This document shows, piece after piece, positions 47,261 to 52,757 of a DNA stretch of 52,757 nt. The DNA lies in assembly GCA_965371515.1 (NCBI GenBank), contig CBDUYR010000019.1, positions 1 through 52,757 of the forward strand, in the 5' to 3' direction. How positions within the stretch are numbered: position 1 is the stretch's first letter; the number at the start of each line of letters is the position of its first letter. The DNA comes from an uncultured bacterium (GTDB lineage Bacteria > Krumholzibacteriota > Krumholzibacteriia > Krumholzibacteriales > Krumholzibacteriaceae). The notes under the pieces were generated by a model. The model did no database searches and had not been told where the DNA came from. It saw only the letters and a program-made list of their open reading frames with translations. The position numbers were made by a program, and so were the translations under genes.

Positions 47261-48544
47261 TCAGTTATCGTTATCTGTCCGGTCAGATCCGGAAAACCTG
47301 ACCCAGATCATTCCGCAGATTGCAAGAAAGAAGCCAAGCAGAAGCAGTATGGTATCTTTGCCCGCCGCTCTGGCTAAAAAACTCACCAGAAAAGAGGATG
47401 CAAGGAAGAGACTCCTCGTGATGACCTCCCTCAGAGAGAAGACACGCCCGCGCAGATCGGAGGAGATCCTCTCCTGGAGCTGCGATTCGGAGATCACGAA
47501 CAGGGGGGTTGCGGCCAGACCGGCTGTAAACATACCCGAACACAGGGGGATAAGTGAGGAGGAAAAGGCGACCGCGGCGGTAGACGGAGCGAACAGAAGG
47601 AAGAGGATGCTCCTGGCCCTTCGACCGGCCTTTCTCCCGAGCCGGTGGGCGAGCCAGGAACCTGCCGCCATCCCGGCACCAGCGGAAAGCCCCGAGGCGG
47701 CAAGGCCCATCGAACTGCCCGGCTCCGAGACTTCCCTGATGAATACCACGGCGAGGACCGAGAATCCGCCCGCGCCGAAAAAGATCAGCGACTGCACGCC
47801 GAGAGGAGCTCTGAGCGAAGGATTGCCGCGGATCTCGGTAAGACCTTCAACCGCCGAATGCCAGAATCCCTTGCGGACGGTCTCTTTGGAAGGACCGGCC
47901 GCGACTGCCTGTTCCTCCGGTCTTCGCGGAAGCCGCATCGCGATCACGGCGAGCAGCAGGGCCGAGAAGACGTATGTCGCCCCGTCGAGATAGAAGCACG
48001 CGGCCCACGAGAAATAGTCGAAGATCAGACCACCGCCGAGAAAGCCCCCGACCACACCTGCAATGCCGGCTATCCAGAGGATCGAATTGACCTTTACGAG
48101 CTTTTCAGGGGGCACGATCTCCGGGAGCAGACCGGACTTCGCCGGAAGGAAGAAGAGGTTTCCCACAGAGACAAGGAATACGACCGCCATGACCGGGACG
48201 AAACTCCCCGTTGCCATGAAAGAGGCCGGTATGAGGAGGACGAGGAGCCCGCGGGCCAGGTCGGTCGCGGCGAGCACCCATCTCTTGCTGAGCCTGTCGA
48301 CGATCACTCCCGCCACGGGGGCGAGGATGAATACGGGGAGGTACATTGCCGCGTAGATGCCGGAAAGCTGCAGTGACGGATCGTTGGAGAACCTGTTTAC
48401 GAGGGCGACGAGAGAGAAATTGTTCAGCCTGTCGCCGAAGAGGGAGACCGCCTGGGCGACCCAGAACATAGTGAACAACCCGCCCGAGATCGCCGCGACG
48501 ACGACTCCGCCCGATCCGTTCTTCCCGTCCGGTGGGGTGGTCAT
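47261..48544 (-). CDS. MFS transporter
   Basis: About 12 TMs, Q.VSLFGD, G...DR.S.R (motif A), DL.RG, LPEIV, RGRVFS. Confidence 0.88.
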   Translation of the reverse strand: MTTPPDGKNGSGGVVVAAISGGLFTMFWVAQAVSLFGDRLNNFSLVALVNRFSNDPSLQLSGIYAAMYLPVFILAPVAGVIVDRLSKRWVLAATDLARGLLVLLIPASFMATGSFVPVMAVVFLVSVGNLFFLPAKSGLLPEIVPPEKLVKVNSILWIAGIAGVVGGFLGGGLIFDYFSWAACFYLDGATYVFSALLLAVIAMRLPRRPEEQAVAAGPSKETVRKGFWHSAVEGLTEIRGNPSLRAPLGVQSLIFFGAGGFSVLAVVFIREVSEPGSSMGLAASGLSAGAGMAAGSWLAHRLGRKAGRRARSILFLLFAPSTAAVAFSSSLIPLCSGMFTAGLAATPLFVISESQLQERISSDLRGRVFSLREVITRSLFLASSFLVSFLARAAGKDTILLLLGFFLAICGMIWVRFSGSDRTDNDN

Positions 48545-49704
48545 TCAGTTTCCACCGGCCTCGCAGGCTCGGGGACCGGTTTCTTCTCCATGCCGAGGAC
48601 CTTCCGGAAGCTCTCTTCCAGCCTGATGGTGACCGATTCCCAATCGTACGAGAGGGCCTTCTCACGCCCGGCGGCGGTCATCCTCGCAGTCATCGCGGGA
48701 TCTGACGCTATCCTTGTCACGGCGTCGGCGATCTCCTCGGGCGAACCGGGGGCCGTCAGGATCCCGTCTCTTCCCCTGGTGACGACACGCCGGAATCCGG
48801 GGATGTCGGAGGCGACGACAGGTACTCCCGAGGCCATGGCTTCCAGCAGGACAATACCGAAGCTCTCTCTCCCCGTCGCCGGAGCGCAATAGATGTCCGC
48901 CGAGGCGTAATACCTCGGCAGGAGCTGTGCGTCTACGCGTCCGACGGCCATGATCTCGGCGCCCCCCAGGCTTATGGGGCGCGGCATCACCTTTCTTCTC
49001 AGGCTTCCCTCACCGACGAGAATGAGCCTGACGAGGCGCGGGATAGACCGCTGTATGATCGGCAGCGCCTTGAAGAGGTAGGGAAGGCCCTTACGCCTGT
49101 CCATCCTTCCCACGAACAGGATGTTGAGTTTGCCGTCCCTCAGTCCCTCGACAGGAAGGATGTCGGGATTGAATCTCCTGCTGTCGATCCCGTTGGGGAT
49201 TATCTCGTACTCTCCGGGAAAATATTGCGCTGCGAACTCCCTGGCCGGCGCGGAAACTGCCATGCGATGATCGAGACGCCTCGCCACGTAGTCGAGAGGG
49301 CGCTGGAACAGGGAGTATATCCCGTTTTTCTCCGCGGCAGCGTGGAAAGTGCCGACGAGGCGCGCGCCTGCCCTGTCGCTGAAGAGGGTGAGGAGGGGAA
49401 GGGTCGGAACAAGCGGGCAGTGGGTCTGGATGATGTCGAAACGCTTCCTGCGGAAAATCTCCTCGAGTTGGCGCCTGAGCGCCCTTCCTACTGTGACGTT
49501 GGTCCAAGCCCCGTTGGCGGGGAAGAGGATGTTATGGCCTATCCTGATTACCCCCGGCTCTCTCGTCCGGCTGTGGTCGTAGCTGGTCGTGATGATCGTG
49601 ACATCGTGCCCGAGCCTTCTCAGCTCGAGAGCGGTGTGGTGGACGACCTCGGTGACTCCGCCCGGCTTAGGGTAGTAGGATTGCGTCACGATGCCGATCT
49701 TCAC
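48541..49704 (-). CDS. GT4 glycosyltransferase, PimA (phosphatidylinositol mannosyltransferase)-like
   Basis: KIG......PGGV, GTFH, IPNGID, FVGR...RKG, CAP.TG.ESFGIVLLEAMASG. GTG start overlaps the upstream stop. Confidence 0.85.
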   Translation of the reverse strand: MKIGIVTQSYYPKPGGVTEVVHHTALELRRLGHDVTIITTSYDHSRTREPGVIRIGHNILFPANGAWTNVTVGRALRRQLEEIFRRKRFDIIQTHCPLVPTLPLLTLFSDRAGARLVGTFHAAAEKNGIYSLFQRPLDYVARRLDHRMAVSAPAREFAAQYFPGEYEIIPNGIDSRRFNPDILPVEGLRDGKLNILFVGRMDRRKGLPYLFKALPIIQRSIPRLVRLILVGEGSLRRKVMPRPISLGGAEIMAVGRVDAQLLPRYYASADIYCAPATGRESFGIVLLEAMASGVPVVASDIPGFRRVVTRGRDGILTAPGSPEEIADAVTRIASDPAMTARMTAAGREKALSYDWESVTIRLEESFRKVLGMEKKPVPEPARPVETE

Positions 49705-50552
49705 GCTGTACCCTCCCAGAACTTCCTGAAAATGCACCACTGGTCGGCATTATCGCGGATATAGGACTCGATCGCGTCGAATATCCTTTGCTGGGCCGCA
49801 CTCTCGCCGACCCGCGACGCCTCGCCCGGGGCGAGTACGGTCTCCATGCATATCCTCGATCTGTCGTCGGTGACCCTCCTGCAGTACGCGCCGAGGACGG
49901 GGGCGCCGGTGATCATCGCGAGCCGCGCCGCGCCGCGGGGAAGGTTCACTTCCCGGCCGAAGAGCTCGATCGGTGTTCCTCCCTCGAAGACGTCCCCGTC
50001 GAGCAGCAGGGCGACGATCCCTTCCTCCTGGAGGATGCGGCACAGCTTCCTGTAAGGCTGCTCGGGGCCGATAACCTCAAGTCCCTTCTTTTCCTTGGTC
50101 TGTTTTACGGAATCAGTGAGGAGGGAGTTCATCTGCTCGCCGGCGACGACGCCGAGACGGTATCCGAGCGAGCCCAGAAGGAGCGCGGGGAGTTCCCAGT
50201 TGCCGATGTGCGCGGTCGCGAAGATCGCCCCCTTTCCCGCCGCGAGAGCATCGTCGAGGACGTGCCTCTGCGGGAATTCGATGCGTCCGTTTATCTCGTT
50301 GCCGTCCCATCTCGAGGAGGCGAACATCTCCATGATGTTCATCGAACGATTCCGGAAGATCCCGTATATATCGCCGCTGGAAGGTGTAGAGCCGACGATG
50401 GAGAGGTTGCCGCGCACATTGCGCCTCTTTCCCGGAGAGAGGCAGAATGAGACGAACGCCGAGATATCGGCGGCGAGGATTCTGAGCCTGCCGGGGAGGG
50501 CGTCCACGACCGCCGCAATAACCCTGAATACTGTATTTCCCATCACTTTCAC
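49701..50552 (-). CDS. lipid acyltransferase (LpxL/HtrB/PatA family)
   Basis: GKG.I..TAH.GNWE, ALL.D, LFG....P.GAARLA..TGAP, QW..F. Start is uncertain (50561, 50552 or 50543). Confidence 0.85.
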   Translation of the reverse strand: MKVMGNTVFRVIAAVVDALPGRLRILAADISAFVSFCLSPGKRRNVRGNLSIVGSTPSSGDIYGIFRNRSMNIMEMFASSRWDGNEINGRIEFPQRHVLDDALAAGKGAIFATAHIGNWELPALLLGSLGYRLGVVAGEQMNSLLTDSVKQTKEKKGLEVIGPEQPYRKLCRILQEEGIVALLLDGDVFEGGTPIELFGREVNLPRGAARLAMITGAPVLGAYCRRVTDDRSRICMETVLAPGEASRVGESAAQQRIFDAIESYIRDNADQWCIFRKFWEGTA

Positions 50553-50562
50553 GACGCCCAAC

Positions 50563-50592
50563 AGGATATTCCCGTGATCGCCGGCCTGTCAA
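50563..50592 (-). promoter_or_regulatory. putative sigma70 promoter of the acyltransferase-GT4-MFS operon
   Basis: On the minus strand: TTGACA (50592-50587), 18 nt, TATCCT (50568-50563). Confidence 0.55.
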
Positions 50593-50602
50593 GCAATTGA
50601 AA

Positions 50603-50617
50603 TGGCACATTTCTGGC
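50603..50617 (+). promoter_or_regulatory. possible sigma54 -24/-12 element
   Basis: TGGCAC-N5-TGGC with correct GG-N10-GC spacing; one mismatch to the TTGC consensus. Confidence 0.35.
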
Positions 50618-50653
50618 AATACAGCTGAAGGTCACACTTATGGAGGTGAAACA

Positions 50654-51073
50654 TTGCAGGTCTGCACGGAAACAACTCTTTTTATGCAAAAAGCGATATA
50701 TTACGTCAGTCGCCTCATAGCGGCGAGGGGCGTCCTGGAGATGACCGACTGCCGGCTCAACTTCCAGGTATCCAATCTCGATTCGTCATTCGGCATGAAA
50801 GGGGTATCCATCGACCTTGCAACGGTGGATGATGTCCGCATCGAGGGCGGCGACCTCCATCCCCGTGTGATCGTATGCTCGGGAAAGGATTACGAGTTCG
50901 TGCTGCCAAAGGCGCAGGAACTCTACGACCAGCTTAAAAATCACTGCTTCAGCTCCGTGTCTTCCGGGCCGGCGAACGGCGAGGGCCCTTCGATCGTCTG
51001 CGAGTGCGGGCACTCGGTCAGTGAACGGTACAACTTCTGTCCCTGGTGCGGGGCGATACTCTCGAAGACATAA
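50654..51073 (+). CDS. hypothetical protein, PH/GRAM-like beta domain plus C-terminal zinc ribbon
   Basis: TTG start after GGAGGTG; C-terminal CECG...NFCPWCG. Confidence 0.65.
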   Translation: MQVCTETTLFMQKAIYYVSRLIAARGVLEMTDCRLNFQVSNLDSSFGMKGVSIDLATVDDVRIEGGDLHPRVIVCSGKDYEFVLPKAQELYDQLKNHCFSSVSSGPANGEGPSIVCECGHSVSERYNFCPWCGAILSKT

Positions 51074-51185
51074 CAACTTCCCTGTTTTTCACTTGTCGCA
51101 TTGACTGTCATTTGTTAAATTCCTCACAGGTCATGGGCCTCTGAGTGCCTGGTGATCAACGATTATATTGTAAAGGGAGGTTCTG

Positions 51186-51530
51186 ATGAGGCCGCTCGGT
51201 GCCGTTATAGTGATACTGGTTCTGATGCCGGTGCTGTTCGTGGGGTGTTCGGACGATACGCAGGAGGTCACGCGTACGGGGATCCAGCTCAATTTCACGG
51301 ATTGTCTCACTTTCGGAGTCTGGGTATTCGTGGAGGACGAATACCAGGGGATGGCCTCTTCGGAGGAGCCCGCCTTCTTCGCACTGGCCCCAGGATCGTA
51401 TGAGCTGTACATGCGCAGCAACGCGAATCTCGGCGAAATATATGTCTGCTGGACTGACCAGATCACTGTCTCCGAAGGCAATACGACCGTACTTTACTAC
51501 AGCTGCGAAGGAGCTGAATGTCAGGACTGA
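51186..51530 (+). CDS. small lipoprotein (PEGA-like beta fold)
   Basis: RBS GGAGG, hydrophobic signal ending LFVG-C (lipobox-like), VFV...Y.G...L.PG.Y.L and four further Cys. Confidence 0.7.
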   Translation: MRPLGAVIVILVLMPVLFVGCSDDTQEVTRTGIQLNFTDCLTFGVWVFVEDEYQGMASSEEPAFFALAPGSYELYMRSNANLGEIYVCWTDQITVSEGNTTVLYYSCEGAECQD

Positions 51531-51592
51531 CGTGTATCTGATGAAGGGACCGAACCTTCCCTCGACAGTAATAATCTAACGTGCAGTTTACA

Positions 51593-51626
51593 GCGCCCTC
51601 TCTCATTTTCGGGAGAGGGTGTTTTT
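51593..51626 (+). terminator. Rho-independent terminator
   Basis: Stem GCGCCCTCTCTC / GGGAGAGGGTGT (with G-U pairs), 6-nt loop, followed by a T-run. Confidence 0.75.
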
Positions 51627-51696
51627 CAAGACCCCTGAGAACCTTTCCAACCTGCTCGATCACAACGGCTTAAAAATACCTGTGGCAATAATTCCG

Positions 51697-51711
51697 TGGC
51701 ACGCTCCTTGC
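51697..51711 (+). promoter_or_regulatory. sigma54 (-24/-12) promoter upstream of the mglA-like gene
   Basis: TGGCACGCTCCTTGC is an exact TGGCAC-N5-TTGC consensus. Confidence 0.7.
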
Positions 51712-51871
51712 GCTCCCATTTTCTTGCCGGGGTTGGCGTTTCCCAGACTGAATCAAGAAGTGAACACCCTAGCTCTAGTGACGTTAACCTGCTCCGGATT
51801 ATGCTTCCTTGTCTGTGCAGCACGCGAGCGGGACGGGAGCCCGCCCCGGCTTTTTCAAGGAGTGGTTCAAG

Positions 51872-52757
51872 ATGGCTGTCTACAATTATGCCGGCGGAGA
51901 AGTAAACATAAAGATCGTATATTACGGCCCCGGACTCAGCGGGAAGACAACGAACCTCGAGTACATGTATTCGAAGCTCCCGCGGGAGAACAAGGGCAAA
52001 ATGGTCTCGATGAAGACGAAGACCGACAGGACGCTCTTCTTCGATTTCCTTCCGATCGAAGTCGGGGAACTGGCTGGCCTCAAGGTAAGATTCCTGCTCT
52101 ATACCGTTCCGGGACAGGTCTACTACAACGCGACGAGGAAGCTCGTGCTCAAGGGTGTCGACGCCCTCGTGTTCGTTGCAGATTCGTCTCCCGGCAGCCT
52201 TGACGAGGACAGGGAGAGCCTGGACAACCTCGAGGAGAATCTCAACGAGATCGGAATATCGCTTTCCAGTACTCCATGGGTGATGCAGTACAACAAGAGG
52301 GACGTTCCGGGATGTTTGAAGAAAAAGATGCTCGACAAGAAACTCAATACATGGAAAGTCCCGTCCTTCGAGGCGGTCGCAACCGACGGCAGGGGTGTGT
52401 ACGAGACCTTCGAGGGTATTGCAAAAGAGGTATTCAAGAAACTCAGGAAGGAACTCAACGTCAAGAAGACAGAAAATGTCGACAGTACGGATAGCGAAAC
52501 CGGCTGCGGACCGATCGACGTGGAGGTCGTCGCGCAGGGTGATTCAACGAGAATTAACTCAGAGGCAGGCGAGAGCGAGACTTCAGGTTACGCAGAGGAG
52601 AGAGAAGAGGAGCACGAGTCTGTCTCTGAGTTTGTAGATCACGTGCTGACGGAAGACGGGATTCCTGCCGGAGTGGCCGAGGACCTCGGAATGGAGAGGG
52701 AAGGGTACGAGGAATACGGGCACATGGTCGAACTCGGAAACAACGGCAACGGAGCGG
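51872..52757 (+). CDS. mglA: MglA-family small GTPase with long acidic C-terminal extension (3' partial; absent from the ORF track)
   Basis: My translation gives MAVYNY...KIVYYGPGLSGKTTNL, DRTLFFDF (R53), YTVPGQ (Q82), VFVADS, QYNKRD and EAVAT. RBS AAGGAG. The frame stays open to the window end (295 codons). Confidence 0.92.
   Translation, partial: MAVYNYAGGEVNIKIVYYGPGLSGKTTNLEYMYSKLPRENKGKMVSMKTKTDRTLFFDFLPIEVGELAGLKVRFLLYTVPGQVYYNATRKLVLKGVDALVFVADSSPGSLDEDRESLDNLEENLNEIGISLSSTPWVMQYNKRDVPGCLKKKMLDKKLNTWKVPSFEAVATDGRGVYETFEGIAKEVFKKLRKELNVKKTENVDSTDSETGCGPIDVEVVAQGDSTRINSEAGESETSGYAEEREEEHESVSEFVDHVLTEDGIPAGVAEDLGMEREGYEEYGHMVELGNNGNGA

Noticed and set aside
51619..52203. 194-aa + strand ORF in the track
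   Set aside because: Spans the promoter region and overlaps the MglA gene in a different frame.
1..52757. tRNA, rRNA, IS/transposase, prophage or defence genes
   Set aside because: None recognised; nearly all bases are accounted for by housekeeping or envelope CDSs. A tRNAscan/Rfam run would be needed to exclude small RNAs.

Overview
Gene-dense, GC-rich bacterial chromosome segment with no CRISPR array, RNA gene or mobile element that I can see. A T9SS-like C-terminal domain, an outer-membrane beta-barrel and a DNPR-type MurE suggest a diderm, possibly FCB-group, organism (inference). Block 1 (1-21392, + strand) is a 15-gene envelope glycosylation locus. It has three GT-C-type membrane glycosyltransferases (DUF2723/TMEM260-like with TPRs, YfhO-like, DD-motif), two probable polyprenol-P-sugar synthases, GT2/GT4 enzymes, a GT2 fused to a degenerate phosphoglycosyl transferase, a PorZ-like propeller, a PglF-like dehydratase, a flippase, a FemAB-like GNAT and a methyltransferase. 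Block 2 (21458-41590) is the dcw cluster from mraZ to ftsZ. It has two MraZ-box arrays, a STAS-like gene between mraZ and rsmH, a murF without a canonical start in frame with murE, no murB or ddl, and TPR and radical SAM genes after ftsZ. Block 3 (41711-52757) holds an OMP, rpmB, recG, an HD protein, a zinc-ribbon/RomX-like fusion, a pseudo-receiver/anti-sigma kinase and a patA-pimA-like/MFS operon. It ends with an MglA-family GTPase that has a long acidic tail, sits behind a sigma54-type promoter and is missing from the ORF track. The best candidates for undescribed biology are an Mgl/Rom-like polarity module outside myxobacteria and a multi-GT-C glycosylation system linked to a PorZ-like protein. 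Family calls come from motif recognition only; no searches were run.
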